From: Nemertoderma westbladi
Lineage: Eukaryota; Animalia; Xenacoelomorpha
Assembly: GCA_032718475.1 (NCBI GenBank)
Contig: JAUCBJ010003887.1
Location: 1-64,000 of the forward strand
Length of the DNA stretch: 64,000 nucleotides
Reading direction: 5' to 3'
Position numbers and translations under genes: made by a program. How positions within the stretch are numbered: the first letter of the stretch is position 1; the number at the start of each line of letters is the position of its first letter. Below are positions 24,352-34,400 of the stretch, piece by piece. The notes below the pieces were generated by a model that was not told the DNA's origin, searched no databases, and saw nothing but the letters and a program-made list of their open reading frames with translations.

Positions 24352-25740
24352 TTATCTCTTGTCGGCCTTCTGGGCTTTGAGTATACGAAATTGCTGATCA
24401 TCCTGTGGATGACGCGTCTTCTCTGCTAACGGCGTGGCCTTGAAGCCAGTCTCACGCAAAACGTCGGTCTCGTCTAGAATACACGAGGTTACGCGTTTGT
24501 GATAAAATGCGCTCCGGTATGCCCAAGCTATCGAATGCCATGCTCCTCGATTCCGCTGTTCAACTCGCAGTTTATCGAATTCTCCGGCGGTAATCTTGTT
24601 CACCACAGTTTGAAAGTTCCAAGTATTCTTGTTGTCGGGGTGCACTTGTAAGAAATAGTCCCGCACAACCTTGAATCCGCTGTCCAATGGCAATATATCC
24701 AACACCTCCAACAATTCATCATACTGAGGCATAGCCGATACATATCCTTCCTTTGACATTATGAGAGGGTTTACGGCCCAAAATCCCAAATGTGCTCTCA
24801 TAGGGAAGTGGCGTCGCTGAGTCGCTACATGCTCGTCTGCTAGATCCTCCCAATGGTCGAATAATTGTCGAACGATTTTAACTGACATGTGCTCATAGGG
24901 GACGTCTCTAAGTTGACATTCGGATGCCCTATGGCCCTTAATATTACAATAAGTACACTGCGCCACGAAACGCCAGCAAGTGTAGAAAGTGTGTGAACGT
25001 TGATCTCCGCACCAGTTGCATACTAAATCCGGTAGAGATATGTGCTTCGCTCCGCATTTCTTTGCGTGATGGCCAGTTGCTCCGCATCTGCCACAAATAG
25101 TGTTGGCAGGGTACCAAACTCGCTCATAGATGAGATCTCCGATGGGGCGAGCGCTACCGTCCACGTGATAATTCTCATCATCCGGGTCAGTCGGTATGTT
25201 CGTCTCCGTAGGTTGTACACAAACCATGGCATCGCTTTTCTCCAACTCGCGTATCTCAGTTCGCGTCTTCCTCGGAAGGTTCTCCTCTATCTCTATGAGT
25301 TGCCGTAGCGGTTCGTCTATTAGCGCCAACTCGGTCGGATCCACATCGTCGTGATGGGCGGTAGGCTCGTGAGCCTTCCAGGATCCTTCCGGGCGTTCGA
25401 ATTCCGCGTGGCTTTCGTAGGGTACTAACGTTAACATCGACGGTCTGTCGACTAGACTTCCCGCGTGAGTGAGATAGACGTCCCTGAAAACGCTAAGTCC
25501 CGCTCGCGTGAAAACTTCGCAGTGCGCATCGGTGTTATAAAAGGGTTGGAGAAATCGTCGGAATACATCAGTATGCGTCCTTCCTCCATCGTAAAAGGTA
25601 TGTCCTTCGCCAAGACATAACAGGTGTCGCTTTAGGGTTCTGGATACTACATCCGCGATGAAACAAACGTTAACCGAAGATTCTATCACTAAATAGTATT
25701 GCAAGATTATCCGCGGAGGTGAACTAATCGCCCAATACAC
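24352..25740 (-). CDS. Accessory protein of B, C-terminal part: end of exonuclease-like domain plus three zinc knuckles
   Basis: CGRCGATGHHAKKC, CNWCGDQRSHTFYTC, CTYCNIKGHRASEC (~24915-25095); same frame as 25747-27024, separated by one TGA. Confidence 0.75.
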   Translation of the reverse strand: MYWAISSPPRIILQYYLVIESSVNVCFIADVVSRTLKRHLLCLGEGHTFYDGGRTHTDVFRRFLQPFYNTDAHCEVFTRAGLSVFRDVYLTHAGSLVDRPSMLTLVPYESHAEFERPEGSWKAHEPTAHHDDVDPTELALIDEPLRQLIEIEENLPRKTRTEIRELEKSDAMVCVQPTETNIPTDPDDENYHVDGSARPIGDLIYERVWYPANTICGRCGATGHHAKKCGAKHISLPDLVCNWCGDQRSHTFYTCWRFVAQCTYCNIKGHRASECQLRDVPYEHMSVKIVRQLFDHWEDLADEHVATQRRHFPMRAHLGFWAVNPLIMSKEGYVSAMPQYDELLEVLDILPLDSGFKVVRDYFLQVHPDNKNTWNFQTVVNKITAGEFDKLRVEQRNRGAWHSIAWAYRSAFYHKRVTSCILDETDVLRETGFKATPLAEKTRHPQDDQQFRILKAQKADKR

Positions 25741-25746
25741 GCAACC

Positions 25747-27024
25747 TCACCACTTCAACTGTGACTCGAACTCGTTTACGCCGGGGGTATCTCCCTCTCC
25801 GTACACGTCCGTGTATTTGCTCCTCTTACTCTCCTTGTAATCCCAACTGAACATTAGATATGAGATATAACCCGTCCCAGTTTTTAGCGTGTTATACTCC
25901 CTAAAATATCCTTGCTCAATAGCCCAAAGCAACAATGGTCTAGTATCCACGTATGGCGTAGGCAATCGGTGCTCTTCCGTGGGCATCCCTGCAAAGTCGC
26001 TAATGAGGTCATCCCGTACACCGGATCCGATCTTGACGATGCTCTTATCCAACACAACGTCTCGCACGGCCTTTGGCAACATCCTAGCTTCTATGCTACA
26101 AGCCAGGTCCATCGATTTAACTATCCGTTTTATCATCGCGTGTCTTTGCGTCGTTCCTTCCGGCATAGGCATCTTCCTATCACTCCTCTGTCGGCTGAAG
26201 ACATGTAACACGCCATCTGGTGCTCTAATCTGTATAGTCTTTGAAGTGAGGCTTTGCTGATGGCTTCCTCCTTCATTATCGTAAAACATATAACCATTAT
26301 CTTTCAGAGATCGGCTAGTCACGTCCCAATCGTCGAGTAAATCGTTGGTAGGGTTCCAAATTCTCCCAATCGACTTTTCATCATCGAAACTAATAGGTTT
26401 ACCGGTCCAATTGGTCGCGATATCGGTGTCGGTCTCAAACGTTCCAACTCCGATCCATAATCGAATCGTCTTCGTCAGATATCCTCGCAAGATACAAGGT
26501 GCGATATCCGTCCCCGCGCGATCCACTTCCTTAAAGTCCGTAATATGTGGAGGCACGTTGCGTACAATTTTTTGAACTATTACTTTACGCAACTCGGCTG
26601 ACTCTAACACATCACCGAAGGTAACCGATGGGAGGAAATCCAGGTTCGAGATGATCTCCGGGTGTTCAACTATAGGGATCTCGTAAGTTGTCTCCTTCCG
26701 GGTCGGTATACTAATAGGAAAACTAGTTGGTCTCGCAACCGGTACTATCGCTCCAGTAGAATGGGGCTGAGGTTCTCGCGTCATCTCGACATGAGGTATC
26801 TGTAGTCTCTGCGACAAACGCTGAGCAAAGGTGATACTATCGAAGAGCTCGGGTGTCATCTCCTTGGGTTCGGTTTGATCGTGGGATATCCAATAGAATG
26901 GTAGGCTCGCGAGCCTTCCGCCGAACTCCTCGATCTCGCCTTTCTCGTACGCCTTGTACGCCCTGTAGAGGCTCAAAGCTTCCCGTTTCTCTTGTGTCGA
27001 CTTATTAGACTCGTCCACTACCAT
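25747..27024 (-). CDS. Accessory protein of B, middle part: DEDDy-like (WRN/EXD2/Mut-7-type) 3'-5' exonuclease domain
   Basis: YMFYDNEG (ExoI DxE), TIQIRAPDG, LPKAVRDVVLDKSIVKIGSGVRDD (ExoII), YVDTRPL; homologous to 59031-60212. Confidence 0.75.
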   Translation of the reverse strand: MVVDESNKSTQEKREALSLYRAYKAYEKGEIEEFGGRLASLPFYWISHDQTEPKEMTPELFDSITFAQRLSQRLQIPHVEMTREPQPHSTGAIVPVARPTSFPISIPTRKETTYEIPIVEHPEIISNLDFLPSVTFGDVLESAELRKVIVQKIVRNVPPHITDFKEVDRAGTDIAPCILRGYLTKTIRLWIGVGTFETDTDIATNWTGKPISFDDEKSIGRIWNPTNDLLDDWDVTSRSLKDNGYMFYDNEGGSHQQSLTSKTIQIRAPDGVLHVFSRQRSDRKMPMPEGTTQRHAMIKRIVKSMDLACSIEARMLPKAVRDVVLDKSIVKIGSGVRDDLISDFAGMPTEEHRLPTPYVDTRPLLLWAIEQGYFREYNTLKTGTGYISYLMFSWDYKESKRSKYTDVYGEGDTPGVNEFESQLKW

Positions 27025-27044
27025 GCTGTAGACGTCTGGTTCGA

Positions 27045-27668
27045 CTAATTTGGGTTCGTAAATAACGATCTCGGTCCACTCATTTTAAACGAATGATACG
27101 GATTTGTCAAAGGGTATCCGCCTTCTTGGTAACGTAGACTTTGGTGGTGTGAACATCGCGCTAATATCTGCTCGGGGTTCTCCGAGTTCAACCGCATAGG
27201 AATCGCGTTGTCTTGCTCGCGCATACACGCTCCACATTTATAAAACAGTTTGTATATGGAGAACGCGTCCTTGGTCTCTGGATCCGCTCCTCGAGCGCGT
27301 CTATAAAGATGCATTCCTTCAAATTCGTCTCTAGCTGCAGGTAAGGGTTCGTTTACCGTCAAATATTGCAGCGTATGATACAATCGGCGTATTTCGGTGT
27401 CTGGATCCTCGCAAATGTCGCTAGCATCGCATAACGCATCGTAGGGATATAACGCATTGAACTCCGCGCATAATTCCTCCGTTCTTTTGTTGTATGCGTC
27501 CAACCGCTGTCGCGTAACATTCGGGTCCGCCTTGGATTTAGCGAGCTTGGCCGTACTCCTAGCCATACTCTCCACTCCAAACACACTAAAGTTTTTAGCT
27601 CCATAACGATTGAATGGCGCCTGGTGCTCTTGTTCTTGCGTAAACCCTTGACGTAACTCTTTATACAT
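27045..27668 (-). CDS. Accessory protein of B, N-terminal Cys/His domain of unknown function
   Basis: Strong similarity to A ORFs 43721-44376 (EPLPA.RD.FEGMHLYRR.RG.D.ET...FSIYKLFYKC..CM). Confidence 0.8.
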   Translation of the reverse strand: MYKELRQGFTQEQEHQAPFNRYGAKNFSVFGVESMARSTAKLAKSKADPNVTRQRLDAYNKRTEELCAEFNALYPYDALCDASDICEDPDTEIRRLYHTLQYLTVNEPLPAARDEFEGMHLYRRARGADPETKDAFSIYKLFYKCGACMREQDNAIPMRLNSENPEQILARCSHHQSLRYQEGGYPLTNPYHSFKMSGPRSLFTNPN

Positions 27669-28418
27669 CTTCTCCGCTATCGTATACGAATATATATGTG
27701 GTTACATATCGTTACGTTTCTACTAGATGAAGCACAAAATAGAGGTTAGATGTGAGGTGACTTAGAGTTTGTCGGCTTTTGGCTCAACTCTGCTCTAAAC
27801 CCCAACCCATTTGCCTAATGATTTCGGGTTCGCGTGATTTCGCACTGGCTCCTAATCCAAAAAATGTGCTGATAAAAAACGAATTCCGGGTAAACTAGCC
27901 GCGAGTCTAAAATACTCACCTTTTAATTTCCCATGCTACATTCCCCAAGAAAAATAGTACAGTCGAGAATTAATTGGTCCAAATAATAGTAGACACGACT
28001 ACGTAGAACAAGGCCGGTTTTCTTTTTCCAAAAAAAAATTTATCGGTAGGCTCGCAAGCCTTCCATCCGCTCTTGTCCTCCCCAATTTTAATTTTTATCT
28101 AGCTGTATTCTAGAATTTGCTTTCACTGGAGAATCGTTTTTCTTAAATTTAAATCCATATAAATGGATTTGTCTAATAATATTTGAAAAATTGTCTCACT
28201 TGTGGGTTCCAAGTGGAATTCCATTCCTACTGTACACACAATCCCGCTCCTATGTGATACATAAGGGTACTACCCTCCATGTTCACGTATAAAGACAATG
28301 GAATTCCACCGCTGTCTCTATCTACAGTGAAGAGGATTACAAATGCACGTACAGTAATACAAATACAAAATAACTAAAATACAGTAAGTCTATGTGGCGG
28401 CCAACAAAGGTCCCACAT

Positions 28419-31400
28419 CTATTTACTAATATTGGGTGGAGATTTGTAGTCTCCTGTCTCGTTTCTAGTCTCCTCAAGGAGTACGAGACGTTGTACAGGT
28501 CTGTCTACGGTACGTCCGTCGATAGTCCTTACAGTAACTGTCCTCACTACACCAGATGTAGGGTGCGTGGTCAAAATGACTCCAGTCAGCCAAAACCGTC
28601 TTTTCAGATTTGCTTCAGCCAATAAAACATGGTCACCACGTCTTAAACATCAGGTATTTAGATACCAAGAGGTTCTGGTTGAAATAGAGGGCAAATAATA
28701 TTTCTGCCATATTTCCCAGAATTTATTTGCAAGCAATTGAGTGATTTTCCAAGCCTTGTTGCCGTATCCGTCACTATCAACGGGTACCGAAATGGGCAAC
28801 AATGTCGTCGGCGCCTGCATAAGCAGGTGCGCTGGTGTCAAGGCAAACTGTACGTCGTTATTGTCTGGGATCAAAGCGATCGGTCTAGTGTTTAAGATTG
28901 CTTCGATTTCTATTAGTAACGTCGTCAGTTGGTCGTCTGTCAATATGTGTTGCGTCGGTAAGACTTTAGCCATAGCTGTTTTAATTGAGCCAATCAGCCT
29001 TTCCCAAACGCCGCCTCTCCACGGACTGTCTGGAGTGTTGAAATTCCAAAAAATACGGTGAGGACGTAGTTCCTCGGAAATCTGGTTTTGGTCCAACCTT
29101 CTCAAAGCTCTGGTTATTTCGTTCCGTGAACCCACAAAGTTTGTCCCTTGGTCGCAGTAAATGGATTTGACCAATCCACGTCTAGCGACAAATCGCCGTA
29201 AGGCTAGGATAAAGGCATTGGTGGTCAAATCTGTCACTCGCTCTATATGGACAGCTCTGCTGGCCATGCAAGTGAAGATCAATCCCCAACATTTTACCTG
29301 TACCCTTCCGCGTTTCGCGATTATGGGTCCAAAACAGTCTATCCCTGTCTCAGTGTAAGGGGGTCTAAACGCCTGTAATCTAGCTAATGGTAGTTCACTC
29401 GTTTCTTGGTGTCCTATCCTCGCGTGCACCTTCTTACAAATAATACAGTTCCGTGTTACCGAACTCAGTGCCTTACTAGGTCTAATCAGTACAAACCTCG
29501 AGCGTAAGTGTGATAGACAGTGGTGTCTACCTACGTGTTTGAGTTGTACATGTGCGTCCAGTATCATAGCGCGCTGTAATTCATGGTGTTGCGGTATGAT
29601 GATAGGTTACCTAAAGTCAAGTGCAAAGTCGATGTTTTGGAGTCTGGACTTGTGACAAAGTAAGCCCCTATAAATAATCGGACTCCAACTCAAAATCGGT
29701 GAAGACTTAATCTGTTTACCTTGTTTGATCGCTGTGAATTCGCGTGCGAAATATCGCAATTGATAATGTCTAATGATATCAACTTCACAGTGGCCAACTT
29801 CCTTTGAGGTAAGTCTTCTAGGAAAGTCGCGTTTGCCTCTGGCATATTGTCTCAATCGTTTGAGCCATGCTAACTTGCGGCATGCGTCAGTCCATGATCT
29901 AGTTAGGTTCACTATCCTGTCAATGTAAGTGTTAGTGACGTCATCAGGTAAGGTGTAGTCGTAGTGTGGATACTTGTCTGGACTTGGTAGGCCCACGGGC
30001 CTTCCGGTAGGTTTGTCTGAGTCCCCAAGTACGTCAATCTCTACGGTCTTACCTTTACCGTCCGCACCTAATGTGTCGACTGGCAGTAACGGTTTCAACT
30101 CTACAGTATCAGTGTGTTCCTGTGAGCCTGTAAGCTTCCTAACCTTAGTCACACGCTTACCTGTAGGTGGTAAGTCAAGTACCTTCTTTGAGCGGAGTGT
30201 GATCGCTGTGGCCGCCACACCTTTGTCGTCCAAAGAAGTCAAATTCGGTAAGTCTCTAAAAGTCCGCTCCAATGGGTCTTCTAATGGAGTGTCTAATAGA
30301 CAGTCTGGTGAAGCGTCCGGTGAACAGTCTGGTGAGACGTCTGGTGAGACATAGCGCGGAACATCCGGCGAAATGTCCTGTCGTCGGTCCCAAAGTCTGT
30401 CTGGCGTAACTTCTGTCAGAAAGTCTGGTTCAAAGTCTGGTGGACAGTCTGTCGAGATGTCTGGTGGAAAGTCTGGTGAGACGTCCGGTAGACATTCTGT
30501 CGAGAGTTCCATCAAACAGTCTGGCGAACAATCCGGAGAACAATCTGGTGTCGCTTCTGGTGAATAATCTGGCGAGTAATCTGGTGAACAATCCGGCGAA
30601 ACGTCTGGTGAAATCTCCTGCGGAACATCCGGCGAAGGATTCGTACAAGCGTCTGGTCGAATGTCTGGTGAGACGTCTGGCGTAATGTCAGGTCTGGCGT
30701 CCAGGTCATCAGATTTCGTCCGTCCTTTTTTCCTCTTGACCTTGGTGTTGGCTTTCGCTTTAGACTTGACAACCTTGTCGATTTTTATCTCGGCACCCTC
30801 TGGTATGGTGTTGGTTGTCGCGTCGAATAACAGTGGCCATTCGTCTGATGGTCGCTGTAGGAAGTCGGGTCCTCTAAACCAAAAGGATTTATTGTCCGGT
30901 TTACAAAAGTCAAGCGGTTGCATCCCCCGTGACGCGATGTCAGCTGGGTTCAGCTTCCCTGGACAGTGACGCCAATCTTGTTTGAGCGACCGGTCTAGTA
31001 TTTCAGCCCGTCTGTTGGCTACGAAAGTCTTGAACTCAAACGCTTCATTGTTTATATACCAAAGTACCAACGTCGCATCCGTCCAATATGTGACCTTCAA
31101 GTTAGCCTCCAGCTCGCGTTGAACTAGACTGACAATATCGGTGGATATCGTCCCGGCTTGCAGCTCCCCACGAGGTACAGTCATATACTTCAATGGCATT
31201 GTTCTAGCTCTTGAAGTAACGAGAGACACATCGTAGCTGTCCGATGTCACTTGTCGTCTAAGGTATAAAGTAACCCCCAATCCATCCTTGCTAGCGTCAC
31301 TAAAGCTGTGAAGCTCTAAATCGGCAGGAAAGGTGGTTTGCAAAGGAAAGTATACCCTCGGTATGGTATAGTCATGTAGGAACGTCAGTTGGGCTTCCCA

Positions 31401-34400
31401 GTCCCTCCATCGCTCAGCTAACTTTTCTGGGATGGGGTCGTCCCATTCCAGTCCGGCTTGCCAAATGCTGTGGAGTATGATCCTAGCATGTAGGATCACT
31501 GGACTAATGAAACACAATGGGTCATACAATCGACTCATGGTCGATAAGCAAGTCCTCTTAGTGAGAGGTCTAGTCTGGTCGTTGGACCTTACACGTACCC
31601 TAAAATTGTCGGTGTTGGGGTCCCAACTAAGTCCTAATACTTTGGTCGTCGGCAGAGGTTCTAGGTCTAAGTCCAAGTCACCTCCACTGCGACCCATCGG
31701 GTCAAATGAGTTCACCAGCTCTGGTTCGTTGGAAGCGAACTTCGTCAGGTGAAATCCGCCCTCAGCGAGACAATCCTGGAGTTGGTGTGCTACGGTTGTA
31801 GCGCGCTCCAAGTTGTCACAACTCTTGAGGCTGTCATCCACGTAGAAGTCTCGTTCCACGGTCCGAACTACTTCTGGGTCAAATTGGTCTCGTCTGTCTA
31901 ATGCGGTCTGCTTTAATGCGTACATGGTGCAGTTGGGGCTGTCCCTGGCTCCGAAAACTCTTACCTGCATTTGGTAAGTCTCTGGCGGAAGTTGTAAGTT
32001 TCTGTCCGGATACCAAAGAAACCTCAAGCTGTCCCTGTCCCGCTCCAAAGCCTTAACCTGGTGAAACATGGCCTCTACGTCACAGGTGAAAGCCACTTTG
32101 TGTTGTCTAAAACGCATTAGGACTCCCATGAGGTAATTGTTCATATTCGGCCCGTCCATCAGTTCGCTGTTCATAGACATCCCTTGGTAAAGCGCGGCGC
32201 AGTCGTTGACTACACGCACCTTGCCAGGTTTGTCCGGGTGTCGAACAAAATGATGTGGCAGGTAATATGTCTGGTCTGTGGTTACCTCGGGATTTAACAT
32301 CCTAATGGCGTACCCCTTTTGGAGATACGTCTGAAGTTGTGCATTGTATTGCAAATGGGCCGTCTCATCTCGCAACAATCGCTGCCTTATTGATTTGAGT
32401 CGCCTCAAAGCAAGCGGGTAATTGTTAACGAGCTTAGGTTGTCCATTGCGCCACAACATACTAACCTCATAGTGGCCATTCGCGGTCTGGCGAATGGTAT
32501 CTCTCATAATATTTAATGACCGTTTTTTCTGTTCTGACATAGCGGTCTCGTAACTACCGGGTTCTGCTGAGTCCTGTTCCAACCATTGAATGGTCCGTTC
32601 AGTCAGCAGTCGGTCTAGCGCTGCTTGCACTGCGCCATGGTCCTCGTCCACGTCTTCGTCCGCTGCGGTGGCTAGTGTCAAGGTGTCTGGTAGGCTCGCA
32701 AGCCTTCCGGTGTCACTAGTCGGCGTCGAATCGTCGTGCGGCGGTTTGACAACTTCTTGATCTATTGGTAGGCTCGCAAGCCTTCCAAGATCAACGACCG
32801 GTGTCGAAGCCTGGTGGGTGGGGTCAATGACCTTCGGATTTTTCGGTAGGCTCGCAAGCCTTCCAAAATCCTCATTCATCGAGTCATCCACGGCAACAAC
32901 CCTTTGGTCTTCAGTAGTCAATACAACCTGGTCTACTGCAAGTAGTTGTAAGTCAGAGGTCCGTATGGTCATGTCCAGATCGGTTACGTCAGTATCGGTG
33001 GCGTCTGCGTTAGCGACGCAAGTCTGTCATAGTGCCGTCCGTACAATTGGACCACAGGAGTGTGAAGGAGAATTATCTATCGTGTTAGTCAATAAACTAC
33101 ACGTACTCAAAACATCGTCCTCCTGGTCACTTACCTCTAGTGAACGTATTGGTGCTCTAGTATACCAACCTATGGGAGTTCTACATGCGTAGGGGTTGCC
33201 CGCTGTAATAACAGATGGGCGTGTCTCCCACACCTGATGTAAGTTAAACTGGTCTGTCCCAATTAACATCGCAATGGAACGATAATTAACAGGACATTCC
33301 GGTATTCCAAGGTGTCGGAAATACTTACGATCTTCCGGTGATTGCTCTGGCACAGGGCCGAGCAAGTTACTAAAGTCCTTCGTAGCTGCAAAGGTCAAAT
33401 TTCTTACCAGAAGTAATGAGCGCTCCTCCTTGCTGTGTTCCGCTTTGGAAAGAAGAGTGTCTAAAGTTAGTTTTACTCTCGTCACAGGGATCGCTCTCTT
33501 ACCATGCATGCTGCTTACAGTATACTGAGCAGTCTTACCTTGACTCATGTCCGTAACTACGTCGGCTACTTGTTCGTCGACATAGCTATGTGATGACGCA
33601 GAGTCTAAGATGGCGTATATACGCTTGCTTCCTCGGGTTCCGGTAATCTTTATAGGAATCACACTAAACCCTTTCAGTTGGTTCTGTGTGAGGAGCGTTA
33701 TCGAAGGCTGTTCCTCACCTGCATGCACGTAGAAAGTGTCGTCTTCCTCCTCGTCCTCGTCCGATGATCCTGACTGATCCATACAGTCTGTATAAAAGGT
33801 ACGGATCTCGCGCGGCGCACGCTCCTTGTAAAGCGCGTCGCATCTAGCCGCTTTATCTGGATGCTCTCGTCGAAAGCGTCTGGTCGGAGTATGACTGGTT
33901 GTGTGAAGCAACGCGTCATGGTTACGTCCACACAGAGAACATGTATCGTCGCTCGAGCAATCCTTCCGGACGTGTCCTGGCTTCATACATCTCCAGCAGG
34001 AATCTACAGATCGGATTTGGAGTCTCCTCTCCTCGATCCCCAACTCTTTAAAAGCGCGACATCCGCGTAGTTTATGTCCGCTGTAGTTTCTGCCGTTCCG
34101 CTCGCAGTATGAGCATCCCACAAAGTCCGCCGGCAACTGTTGTCGTGGCTGCGTGGTGCCGATAGGCGTCAGAACTTTAGAAGTCTCAATAGGGGTGGCG
34201 TAAGTAACGGCTTTCGCGTTCGTCGGAAGTGGTTTAGTCCGAATTGGCGCAGAAATAGCTATCCCTTCCGCCGCGATATGGTGATCGGTATAGTTCGATC
34301 GAGTCTCGATCACGGCCTCCCGTGAAATCAGTTGATAGACATCGGTGAGTTTTAATAACCCTCCGGCCTCTTTGCGCTGGTACTCGATGCTTCGCCATTC

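Noticed and set aside
24352-27668. Accessory ORFs as an env gene
   Set aside because: No signal peptide, clear transmembrane anchor or ectodomain Cys pattern; motifs indicate a nuclease and zinc knuckles
32689-32864. CRISPR-like reading of the palindromic 20-mer repeated at 78-bp spacing
   Set aside because: Only three regularly spaced copies, the intervening sequences are related to each other, it lies inside pol, there are no cas genes and the context is eukaryotic
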